Assembly (NCBI GenBank): GCA_041484665.1
Contig: JBGPIA010000001.1
Span: 608,001-672,000 of the forward strand
DNA: 64,000 nucleotides
From: Candidatus Krumholzibacteriia bacterium
GTDB lineage: Bacteria; Krumholzibacteriota; Krumholzibacteriia; JAJRXK01
Reading direction: 5' to 3'
In this document: positions 31,481 through 40,373 of the stretch, one piece after another
How the letters are laid out: every line of letters starts with the position of its first letter
How positions within the stretch are numbered: position 1 is the first letter of the stretch
Program-made: the position numbers and the translations under genes
Notes under the pieces: model-generated
The model's database searches: none
The model's input: the letters and a program-made list of their open reading frames with translations, nothing else
Told to the model about the DNA's origin: nothing

Positions 31481-34413
31481 TTTCCCTCCTCGCGGGAGCC
31501 GCCACTCAGGTCGCCACGAGCGTCTCCGCGAGCTTCGGCGCGCATGTCATCGCGCAGGTCGCCGTGCAGGTCCGCGGCGTCTAGGCAGCCACGGCCGTGG
31601 CCGTCCCAGCGCAGCTCCTCCGGTGGATGGTACGGATCGCGGGATGCCGACCGGTCGCCCGGTCGAGTGCCGGCCGCGCCGCTGGCAGCCCCCGCGGCTC
31701 CGCCTGAGCGATCCGCGGCCGCCTTCGCGGCCTCTTTCGCCTTGGCGAGCAATGCGTCGTACTCGGCGCCCAGGCGAGCACGGATTTGCGCGTCGGCCGC
31801 GCGATCGAAGTACTGCTTGCCCTCGATCCAGGTCTGCTCGCAGACCGTGCTGGCGGCCAACGGACTCCCCGACCAGATGACGAAGTCCGCGTCCTTGCCC
31901 GGCTCCAGCGAGCCCATGCGCGCGTCGATGGCCAGCTGCTTCGCCGGGTTGAGCGTCACGAAGCGCAGAGCGTCCTCTTCGCTCGTGCCGCCGTACTTCA
32001 CGGCCTTGGCAGCCTCCCAGTTGAGGCGTCGTGCCAGGTCGGGGCTGTCGCTGTTGAACGACACCACCACGCCGCGTTGGTTCATGATCGTCCCGTTGTA
32101 GGGAATGGCATCGTACACCTCGAATTTGTAGGCCCACCAATCGGAGAACGATGAAGCCCCGGCGCCGTGGGCGGCGATCTCGTCGGCGACCTTGTACCCC
32201 TCCAGCACGTGCTGGAACGTTCCGATCTTCACGCCGAACTGCTCCATCAGGCGGATCAGCATCAGGATCTCGTCCTGCCGGTAGCTGTGACAGTGGATCT
32301 TGCGCGTGCCGGCCAGGACCTCGGCCAGAGCCTCGAGCTGCAGATCGCGTCGTGGCGGCACGCCCTTGCCCTTGCGGACCGTGCGCAACTCGTCCCAGGC
32401 GCGTTGGTAGTCGGCGGCGGCCGCGAAACGCTCGCGGATCACTTGCTCTACGCCCATGCGCGTGCCCGGGAAGCGCCCCTGCGCACCAGGGGGGGCGTTG
32501 GAGCGTTTGGGATTCTCCCCCAGCGCGAGCTTGATGCCCGCCGGCGCGCCGTCGAGCTTCAGCTCCTCGGGCCCCGCACCCCAGCGCAGCTTGATCACCT
32601 GGTTCTGCCCGCCGATGGCGTTGGCCGAACCGTGCAGGAGGTTGGCGCACGTCAAGCCGCCAGCCAGCTCCAAGTAGATGTTGCGCGTCTCGCTGTTGAC
32701 CACGTCGGCGATGCGCACCTCGGCGGTGCACGAGTGGGTAGCCTCGTTGACGTCGCCCACGATTGCGGCGTGGCTGTGGCAGTCGATCAGCCCGGGCGTC
32801 AGCTGCTTGCCCGACGCGTCGATCACGAGTGCGTCGGCGGGCGCGGCGATCCCGCTGCCCACCTGCACGATCTTGCCCCCGCGCGCCAGCAGGTCGGCCT
32901 GCGTGAGCGTCCCCTGCGGGCCGCAGGTCCACACGCGGGCGTTGCGCACCAGCACCGCGGGCGGTGCCTGCAGCGGCCCGCGGTCGGCGAACGGCTCGCG
33001 CGCCACGCGGGCAGCGGGCGGCTTCTTGTCGGCCTGCGCTCCGCCGGCGGGCTGATCGCCGGGCTTCTGCGCATCCTGCTTCTGCTCGTCCTGCTCGCTG
33101 CGCGGCGGGCTGGGGTAGCAAGCGCCATCGATCCACACCGAATCCACGCGCACGTCGTCGTCCAGCAGCGCGCCGGCGAGCACGGTGAGGTTGGCGATCC
33201 GGCCGGCCTCGCTCGTGCCCAGGCGGTCTTGCACCCGGTAGATCTGGGCGGGCACGGTGGTCAGCGCTGCCAGCGCCAGATCGTGGGTCAGCCCGCGATC
33301 GCGCGCGGCGCGCAGCTTCTTCCAGAAATCGCCGCGGTCCTTGAGACCCTGCGTGGTGAGGGCGAACGGCAAGCCCAGTCTGGCCACCAGCGCCGGGTTC
33401 TCCGCGGACCAGTCCCAGGCGCGCAGCTCGTCGAGGGAGATCTGCACCCAGTCGGCGTCCTGATCGACGCGCGGCACATCGGGAAACGTAAGCGGCAGGA
33501 TCAACGGAACCCGGACCGCGCGGATGAGATCGGGGCGCCGCCACTCCTCGCCCGTGGAGACCAGCACCGGATCCACCCCCAGCTCGCGGCAAACGCGCGC
33601 CGCGCGGTCCTCCATCAGCACGCCTGAGGCTGCCAGCAGCACCGGCAGAGCGCGCGACACGACCGGCTGCAGCGCCTCCAGCGCGGGATCGTACTGCGGC
33701 CGCTCGCGGGTGCCGGGATGCTGCGCGTAGTCGGCCTGGTCGTCGTGGTAGTGGCGCGCGTCGAGCATCATCTGCCGGAAGCACGCGATCGCGCCCATCG
33801 TCGATCCCGGATAGCTGCGGGAGTCCTCTCCGGCGGGCTCGAACGCGGCCGCCATGGCGATGTCGGCGGCAATCACTGCCTCATTCGGCGGGACGTCTGC
33901 CAGCCCGGCCAGGGCCGCCGTCCCGCGCACCGCCCCCGGCGCCGGCACGAAGCACGCCGCGGTGTACCCGAGCCCGCGCAGCTCGCGCCGCAGTTCGATT
34001 GCGGGAGCGAGTCCCACCACCGCGCGGCGCTCGGGGCGGACGCGCGAATACGCGGCGCTGGGGCCCGCGACGCCGGGATCGGAGTCGCTGCCGTCGGGGC
34101 GGGCGGCCTCCTTGTCCTCGTCGTAGGCGCGCTCCAGGTAGGGCTCGATGAAGCCCGCGTACACGGTGAGCCCCTTGCCGTCCCACAGGCGCGCATCGGG
34201 GGGGATCGCCACGCGGTCCGCCGGCCCCACCGCGCTGATGCGGCCATCGCGCATGACGATCGTGCCGGGATCGACCGTCCGGCCCGGCGCGACCACCACC
34301 TTCGCGCCGCGCAGCGCGTGGACGCGCGGAGGCCCGGCATGGGCGTGCGCGGCCGTCCCGATGGAAATGCCCACGAGAAGTGCCGCCGCGGCCGGCGCGC
34401 CGGCCCGGTGCAT
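31477..34413 (-). CDS. Double-domain amidohydrolase-family protein, exported
   Basis: C-terminal domain with TPGLIDCHSH, HCHSYRQDE, FQHVLEGYKVA, FSDWWAYK; N-terminal domain degenerate; start 34413 or 34449. Confidence 0.88.
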   Translation of the reverse strand: MHRAGAPAAAALLVGISIGTAAHAHAGPPRVHALRGAKVVVAPGRTVDPGTIVMRDGRISAVGPADRVAIPPDARLWDGKGLTVYAGFIEPYLERAYDEDKEAARPDGSDSDPGVAGPSAAYSRVRPERRAVVGLAPAIELRRELRGLGYTAACFVPAPGAVRGTAALAGLADVPPNEAVIAADIAMAAAFEPAGEDSRSYPGSTMGAIACFRQMMLDARHYHDDQADYAQHPGTRERPQYDPALEALQPVVSRALPVLLAASGVLMEDRAARVCRELGVDPVLVSTGEEWRRPDLIRAVRVPLILPLTFPDVPRVDQDADWVQISLDELRAWDWSAENPALVARLGLPFALTTQGLKDRGDFWKKLRAARDRGLTHDLALAALTTVPAQIYRVQDRLGTSEAGRIANLTVLAGALLDDDVRVDSVWIDGACYPSPPRSEQDEQKQDAQKPGDQPAGGAQADKKPPAARVAREPFADRGPLQAPPAVLVRNARVWTCGPQGTLTQADLLARGGKIVQVGSGIAAPADALVIDASGKQLTPGLIDCHSHAAIVGDVNEATHSCTAEVRIADVVNSETRNIYLELAGGLTCANLLHGSANAIGGQNQVIKLRWGAGPEELKLDGAPAGIKLALGENPKRSNAPPGAQGRFPGTRMGVEQVIRERFAAAADYQRAWDELRTVRKGKGVPPRRDLQLEALAEVLAGTRKIHCHSYRQDEILMLIRLMEQFGVKIGTFQHVLEGYKVADEIAAHGAGASSFSDWWAYKFEVYDAIPYNGTIMNQRGVVVSFNSDSPDLARRLNWEAAKAVKYGGTSEEDALRFVTLNPAKQLAIDARMGSLEPGKDADFVIWSGSPLAASTVCEQTWIEGKQYFDRAADAQIRARLGAEYDALLAKAKEAAKAAADRSGGAAGAASGAAGTRPGDRSASRDPYHPPEELRWDGHGRGCLDAADLHGDLRDDMRAEARGDARGDLSGGSREEGK

Positions 34414-34626
34414 CAGAAGTAGCCCGCAGGAGAGTCTGGTGGAGGACACGGAACACCACCCCGATGTGCTCTGGAGGGTTGTGTGAAGGAGCCCGGGCGC
34501 GGGGGATGAGGGTGGCCCAGGCGACGGCGACGAGCATACCGGCGGAGGTGGCAGCGCGGCAACGCCTGGGATCGTCACTGCGCCCTTGCCGGAAAGGCCC
34601 GCGCGCGGTTCCCTGGCAGGGAGGTC

Positions 34627-35526
34627 ATGGGGATTGAACCAGTCATCATCGCCCATCGCGGCGCTTGTGCACGCGCGCCCGAGAACACCCTCGAGGCGTT
34701 CCGGCTCGCGGTCGAGCAGGACGGAGCGCAGGGGCTGGAGCTCGACGTGCAGCGCACGCGCGATGGCATGGTGGTGGTCCTGCACGACGAGACGCTCGAG
34801 CGCACGACCGACGGCGCTGGGCCGGTTGCCCAACTCGACTGGTCCGCGGCGCGCGCGCTCGATGCTGGCTATCGTTTCCAACTGCAGCCCCAGGCCAGCA
34901 GTGGGGAGTTCCCCTGGCGCAGGCGCGGTGTGCGCATCCCGGCGCTGCGCGAGGTGCTCGAGCAGTTCCCGGCGATCTGGATTTCGATCGACCTCAAGCG
35001 CGGCGACCCGCGAACGGAGCGGGCGGTGGTGGCACTCGTGCGCGAGCTGAGCGCCCACGACCGCGTGGTGGTTGGAGCCGAGGCGCACGCGGCCGCGCTG
35101 CGCCTGCGCGCGCTCGCCCCCGAGCTCGCAAGCTTCTTTAGCCGCCACGAGGCGCAGCGCTTCTACCTCCGGCATCGGCTGCGCTGGTGGCGTGGGTACC
35201 GGGCGCCCGCGCGCTCGCTGCAGATTCCGGCGCGTTTCCGCGGGCTCGATCTGGGGGCGATCCGGTTGATCGCGGACGCCCACCGCCTCGCGGTGGCCGT
35301 ACGCTACTGGACGGTGAACGACGAAGGCGAGATGGCGCGGTTGCTGGCCCTGGGGGCCGACGGGATCATCACCGACGACCCCGCCCGGCTGCGGGCGGTG
35401 ATCGGCCGCATGCAGCGCAGAGCGCCGCCCAAAGTGGCAGGCGGGACGCCGCCCGCGGCATCCGGGCGGGATTCGATGGCGGGGCTGGGTCCGGTGACGC
35501 AGCAGAGCCCGCCGGCGGATGCTTAG
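34627..35526 (+). CDS. Glycerophosphodiester phosphodiesterase
   Basis: IIAHRGA..APENTLEAF, ELDVQRTRDG..VVLHD, WTVND, DGIITDDP. Confidence 0.93.
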   Translation: MGIEPVIIAHRGACARAPENTLEAFRLAVEQDGAQGLELDVQRTRDGMVVVLHDETLERTTDGAGPVAQLDWSAARALDAGYRFQLQPQASSGEFPWRRRGVRIPALREVLEQFPAIWISIDLKRGDPRTERAVVALVRELSAHDRVVVGAEAHAAALRLRALAPELASFFSRHEAQRFYLRHRLRWWRGYRAPARSLQIPARFRGLDLGAIRLIADAHRLAVAVRYWTVNDEGEMARLLALGADGIITDDPARLRAVIGRMQRRAPPKVAGGTPPAASGRDSMAGLGPVTQQSPPADA

Positions 35527-38330
35527 CGCACCACGACGAAACGGCCGATCACGCGGTCGAAGGCCGTGTCGTTCGACTCCACGGCGAAGAGATAGATGCC
35601 GCTGGTGATCTCCCGCCCACCGCCCGAGATCAGGTTCCAGGAGAGCGAGCCGTTGCCGGCCGTTCCGTCGTGCCACAGCTCGGCCACGAGGTCGCCGGAC
35701 AGGGTGAAGATGCGCACGCGGTTGCGCGCGAGCGGGAGGTTGCGGAACTCGATGCGCACGCCCGTGGGATCGCCCGGCGCTGGGTGGACCTGGTAGAACT
35801 CGGCGAGCGCCTCGCGCGTGGCGGGGTTGGGAACGACGTAGACGTTGGAACCGTGGCGGGCGCGGTCCTGCGCCGACTGCGCTTGCGAGCGGGGAATCGC
35901 GAAGTGGAAGTTCCCCTGGGGATCGCCGGCGAGACCCGGACCGAGCGGCTGCGCGCCGGACTGCGGGTCCAGCTCGAAGTCCGTGCCCGTGACCGAGTAG
36001 AAGTACCAGCGTCCGTCGTGCACCTCGCGGTCCACGTACTCGAGGAACCCGCCCCCCTTCTTGTGGACGAACAACGTGTCGAGCTGGTCGTAACAGCACT
36101 CCCAATCCTGCAGGGCGGCGTAGCGCTCGCCCAGCGGCGTCAGCGTGCCCAGCTCGTCGCGGTAGCGGATGTGGTGCCCGGCCGGCAGGGCCGGGTTCTC
36201 CGCGACGATGCGGTCCAGCAGGACGTTGAGATCGGCGAAGCGCGCCGCCTCCGGCGACCCTTCGCGCAGAACGCGCGGCGTGTAGCGGATGGCCTCCAGC
36301 CCGGTATTGGGTCCCAGCGGCAGCTTGTAGACCTGCGTTTCTCCGCTGGAAAGCTGCCGCCGGAAGAGGAAGGAGTCCACCACATCGAACCCCGCGATCA
36401 GCCGCCACTGACGCGACGCCGGGCCGTTGGCGATCGACGACCCCACGGGCCGCGTCCAGTTGTCCGCGCGCCAGACCTGATATCCCTCGAAGTCCACCAG
36501 GCCCCGGCGCGGGTCCTTGCGCGACTCGTCAGCATCGTCCCAGTACACGTGCACCCGGTCGTGGGTCTCCCACAGCCGCAGCCCCGGCGCGAGAGGCGCG
36601 ACGTTGGTGAGCCACGGCACGTGGAACTCGCGGCCCCCGACGCCCGTGCAGCCGGCGAGCGAGTCCTCGGGGGCCCCCATGCCGTCCTGCCAACACTCCT
36701 GCGCCCCCCGCAACTGCTGCAACGCACAGTCGTTGTCGATGTAGACGCAGCCGCGCGCGTCAAGATCCTCCGCGGTCACCAACTGGGGCAAGATGGGCGG
36801 GCTCACGAGGCTGTCGCCGCAGTCCCGGTCCAAACTGAAGATCGGGTTGAGCGGGCCAGGCGGGCCCAGGTCGGACATGCAGACCTTTGTCTCACGCCCC
36901 ATGAGGCCCGTCGACGGGTCGTTGTCGCGGTCAAACCAGGCACCGTAGAACGTGAGGGCGGCCTCGGCCGCGTTGCGTTGGAGTCCGTCCAGCCCCGCGC
37001 CCACCACGATGGCAGCCTGCACGTGGATCTCGGTGCCCGGCCGCAGCGGCGTGAATGGGCCGGTCGAGATCAGGAAGGCGTAATCGGCAGCCTGGCTGGG
37101 ATCGGTCGGGTACCGGTCGATCTGGTCGTTGGACAGGAAATAGTAGCGTTCATAGTCGCCGTAGTCCGCGCTCCAGTCGAACGGAGACCTTATTGGGAAG
37201 AGCTGAAAGCTGCGCACCCGCGCCGTGCGCGGCGCGCGCTCGCCCGAGGGGTCGGTGTTGTGCCCCAGGAACATGACGCCGATGTATCCCCCGGCGCGTC
37301 CGCTGTCGCCGTCGGCGTCGTACATATAGCCCATCGAGAGCGGCACCCAGCTTCCGTCCGGCGCGCGCACGCGCCCCTGCCAGAAGCCCGGCAGATCGTC
37401 GTCGCTGATGTTCGCGCGGGAGCGTGGGCCGATGTCGCAGTCGGAGAAAAGGCCAACGTAGACGCCCTGCAGGATCTCGGTACCGACGTTGCGGATCGTG
37501 AACTCGAAGCCGACGAAATCGTCGGCGTCGTCGTTCTCCCACTGGTAGCTGTCCTGGACGACCTGCAGGCCGAGCGGCTCGTGGTCGGGACGGAGCTGGC
37601 GGAGCGCTGGCCAGTCGTCGCGCATCTCGCAGCGGAAGTGCTGGTGGCTGATGGCGGCGTAGTCCTCATCGATACGGCCATCGAGATCGTCATCGAGCCC
37701 GTTCCTGGGATCCTCGTTCACGCGGCCGTCGCCGTCGTCGTCCTCGCCGGGCTCCGGGTAGCGCAGCCCGTTGGGCTCGCCCTCACGCATGCGGTAGATC
37801 GTGTCCAGGGGATCGTCGGGGTTGGAGATCAGCTCCGTGGCGTACTGGCCGGTCGTGACGTACGGAAGGCCGTTCTTCAGCGCCCCAACCCACAGCCCGG
37901 CCGCCCACAGGTAGTCCACGCCGCTGCCCGCCGGCCACATGGCCGAGGGCGCGTTCGAATAGGAAGCGTGTAACGTGGGTCGGGAGCCGATCAGCCCCCA
38001 GTTCGTGATGTTGAGCTGCAGCTCGCCGACGTTGTGCACGAAGGAGCCGTCGATGATTTGGATGCCGCGTTCGTCGGCGGGTTGGACATCCGCTTTCCCG
38101 CGAAGATCCCAGGCCGCGTGGACCGCCGCGGCCGGAGCCAGGCCGATCAGGGCGCTCAGGGCCCAAAGAGCCCAGCCGGCCCAGGCTGAGATGACGGGAA
38201 AGCGCGCGGGAACGCGGGGGCGTTGATGGAGCGAGGCGCGACTGGCATAGAGCTGCGCATCACACGGCGCTGGACGCAGCGGACCCGTCTCCACCGACCG
38301 CAGCGGGTCACCGGGGGAACGCGGCAGCAC
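35523..38330 (-). CDS. Large secreted Cys/Asp-rich protein with T9SS-like C-terminal domain
   Basis: Signal-like segment, VHNVG..ITNWG, DDDGDGRVNED/DDDLDGRIDED Ca-binding-like repeats, DFEGYQVWR, VYVVPNP...IFTLSGDLV...SGIYLF...GRFVVVR; start uncertain. Confidence 0.8.
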   Translation of the reverse strand: MLPRSPGDPLRSVETGPLRPAPCDAQLYASRASLHQRPRVPARFPVISAWAGWALWALSALIGLAPAAAVHAAWDLRGKADVQPADERGIQIIDGSFVHNVGELQLNITNWGLIGSRPTLHASYSNAPSAMWPAGSGVDYLWAAGLWVGALKNGLPYVTTGQYATELISNPDDPLDTIYRMREGEPNGLRYPEPGEDDDGDGRVNEDPRNGLDDDLDGRIDEDYAAISHQHFRCEMRDDWPALRQLRPDHEPLGLQVVQDSYQWENDDADDFVGFEFTIRNVGTEILQGVYVGLFSDCDIGPRSRANISDDDLPGFWQGRVRAPDGSWVPLSMGYMYDADGDSGRAGGYIGVMFLGHNTDPSGERAPRTARVRSFQLFPIRSPFDWSADYGDYERYYFLSNDQIDRYPTDPSQAADYAFLISTGPFTPLRPGTEIHVQAAIVVGAGLDGLQRNAAEAALTFYGAWFDRDNDPSTGLMGRETKVCMSDLGPPGPLNPIFSLDRDCGDSLVSPPILPQLVTAEDLDARGCVYIDNDCALQQLRGAQECWQDGMGAPEDSLAGCTGVGGREFHVPWLTNVAPLAPGLRLWETHDRVHVYWDDADESRKDPRRGLVDFEGYQVWRADNWTRPVGSSIANGPASRQWRLIAGFDVVDSFLFRRQLSSGETQVYKLPLGPNTGLEAIRYTPRVLREGSPEAARFADLNVLLDRIVAENPALPAGHHIRYRDELGTLTPLGERYAALQDWECCYDQLDTLFVHKKGGGFLEYVDREVHDGRWYFYSVTGTDFELDPQSGAQPLGPGLAGDPQGNFHFAIPRSQAQSAQDRARHGSNVYVVPNPATREALAEFYQVHPAPGDPTGVRIEFRNLPLARNRVRIFTLSGDLVAELWHDGTAGNGSLSWNLISGGGREITSGIYLFAVESNDTAFDRVIGRFVVVR

Positions 38331-38699
38331 CGCCTCACCCCGCTTCGACGTGGGAGCCTTGGACCGTGCTCAATATGGGGCCCGGGCGGGCGCCGGGCAA
38401 GAGCAGTTGGGGTCGAGCGGCCAGCCTGCGCACGTGCGCCCCAGGCGTTGCCACGCCCGTAGAATGCTGTGGAGGGAACGCCGTCGGGACAGGTACGCTG
38501 CGACGTGACGGCAGGTGCGTGCCGTCGCACACGGCCGCCGTTGGGCGGCCGTCGCGCATCGCGCAGGCACAGGGGACTGCGGCGTGGACGGAATCCTCCA
38601 GCCACGATCGCACGCGACCCCACGTGCGGCACTCGGTGGGTGACGGACTGCAGCGACCAGGTGGGCGGCCGAGTGGAAACGCAGGCGACCCCGCGCGGG

Positions 38700-40367
38700 A
38701 TGCGCGCGCCGTTTCGGCATCGCGACTTCCGCTTCCTCGTGGCGGGCCAGGCCATCTCGCAGACGGGCGACTGGCTCTACAACGTCGCGCTGCTGGTGCT
38801 GGTGTTGCGGATGACGCACTCCCCCACGTGGGTCGCCGCCGCCGGCATCGTGCGATTGCTACCGTACGTGGTGTTCGGGACGTTGGGCGGTCTGATCGCA
38901 GACCGCTACCCACGCAAGCGCGTGATGGTCGTGGCGGATCTGGCGCGGGCCGGGCTGATGGGGCTGCTCGTCGTCGTGGCCCTCACGTCGGGGTCGGCAG
39001 CGCTGGCGATCCTGCTGGCCGGCGCCTCGACCATGTTCTCGGTGGCCTACCACCCGGCCGAGGATGCCGCGCTCCCGCTGCTCGTGGAGGAGGACGAGCT
39101 CTCGGCGGCGAACTCGATCACGTCCACCATCCAGAACCTGTGTGTCGCTCTGGGTCCGGCAGTTGGCGGCGTGCTGCTGATGCTGGGGTCGCCTGCCATG
39201 GCGTTCGCGGTGAACGCCGTGACGTTTCTCGGGTCCGCCGTGGCGATCTCGCAAATCAAGACGGAGCTGGGGCCCTCCGCTGGCGCTTCCGACGCGCCCG
39301 ACAGGAAGTCGCCCACCACGTGGATGCGCATCCGCGAGGGAATCGAGCCGGTCCGATCCTCGGCGGGCGTCCTGGTGCTGGTCGTGGCGTGGGGTGCCAA
39401 CGGGTTCCTGGACGGCGCGCAGATCGTGCTGTTCGCCCTGCTGGCAACCGGCCGGCTGGGGATCGGCGAGGGGGGAATGTCGTTCCTCTATGCCGCGCTG
39501 GGCGTAGGCGGGGTCCTCGCGGCGGGCCTCGCGCACCGGGCCGCCAGCCGCCCGCGGCAGGGACTCGCGCTCGCGATGGCGACGTTTGCCACGGCGTTCG
39601 CGTTCGCCGGGCTCGCGTTCACGCGCACACCGGCTCTGGCCTACGTGCTGGCCGCCATCGACGGCGCGGCCACGATCGTGCTGGACGTGCTCGTCGTCAC
39701 GTCGATCCAGCGGATGCTGGGCAACGAGGTCATGGGGCGGGCGCTCGGGGCGGTGGACTCCCTGGTGGTAGGCCTGGTCCTCGCTGGATCGGTGGTGACG
39801 CCTCCGATCGTGGCAGTGGCCGGTGTGCGGGCGGCGGTGTTGGTGTCCAGCACGCTCGTGGCGTCGGTCGGCATGCTGCTGCTCGTGCGGGCTCGGGCGA
39901 TCGACCAGCGCGCCGCCGCGCGTGTCGAGCGGCTGGCGCCGCGGGTCAAGCTCCTGGACTCACTCGATATCTTCATCGGCGCGTCGCGCGCGACGTTGGA
40001 GGCCTTGGCCGAGGAATTGACGAGGGTATCTGCGCCCGCCGGCACGGTGGTGATCCGCGAGGGCGACGAGCCCGACGACCTGTTCGTGGTGGGCTCCGGG
40101 CAGCTGTTGGTGACGACCGTGGGCCGCGGCCGCGTGGGTGAGCTGAAGGCGGGCGAGTACTTCGGCGAAATCGGCCTGCTGCACAGGATCCCTCGGACCG
40201 CGACCGTCACGGCTTCGACTGACTGCGAGCTGTACCGGATGCGCGGCGAGAGCTTCCTGCGCTTGGTGAACGAAGGCGGGTCGCAGTCCTCGAGCCTCTT
40301 GAGCAACCTGCAGTCTCGGCTCGCGAGCACGCGCGCAGCGCGCCGTGCGGAGCCGGCCGCGCCGTGA
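38700..40367 (+). CDS. MFS transporter fused to C-terminal cyclic-nucleotide-binding domain
   Basis: GGLIADRYPRKRVM (MFS motif A), about 12 TMs, VIREGDEPDDLFVV.SG...YFGEIGLL..IPRTATV. Confidence 0.9.
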   Translation: MRAPFRHRDFRFLVAGQAISQTGDWLYNVALLVLVLRMTHSPTWVAAAGIVRLLPYVVFGTLGGLIADRYPRKRVMVVADLARAGLMGLLVVVALTSGSAALAILLAGASTMFSVAYHPAEDAALPLLVEEDELSAANSITSTIQNLCVALGPAVGGVLLMLGSPAMAFAVNAVTFLGSAVAISQIKTELGPSAGASDAPDRKSPTTWMRIREGIEPVRSSAGVLVLVVAWGANGFLDGAQIVLFALLATGRLGIGEGGMSFLYAALGVGGVLAAGLAHRAASRPRQGLALAMATFATAFAFAGLAFTRTPALAYVLAAIDGAATIVLDVLVVTSIQRMLGNEVMGRALGAVDSLVVGLVLAGSVVTPPIVAVAGVRAAVLVSSTLVASVGMLLLVRARAIDQRAAARVERLAPRVKLLDSLDIFIGASRATLEALAEELTRVSAPAGTVVIREGDEPDDLFVVGSGQLLVTTVGRGRVGELKAGEYFGEIGLLHRIPRTATVTASTDCELYRMRGESFLRLVNEGGSQSSSLLSNLQSRLASTRAARRAEPAAP

Positions 40368-40373
40368 GCCCGC

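Noticed and set aside
34450..36408. N-terminal ~650 aa of the 1643-aa ORF 31477-36408
   Set aside because: Runs antisense to the GDPD gene and off-frame through the large secreted gene; Arg/Pro/Ala-rich shadow typical of high-GC DNA. The real gene starts near 34413-34449.
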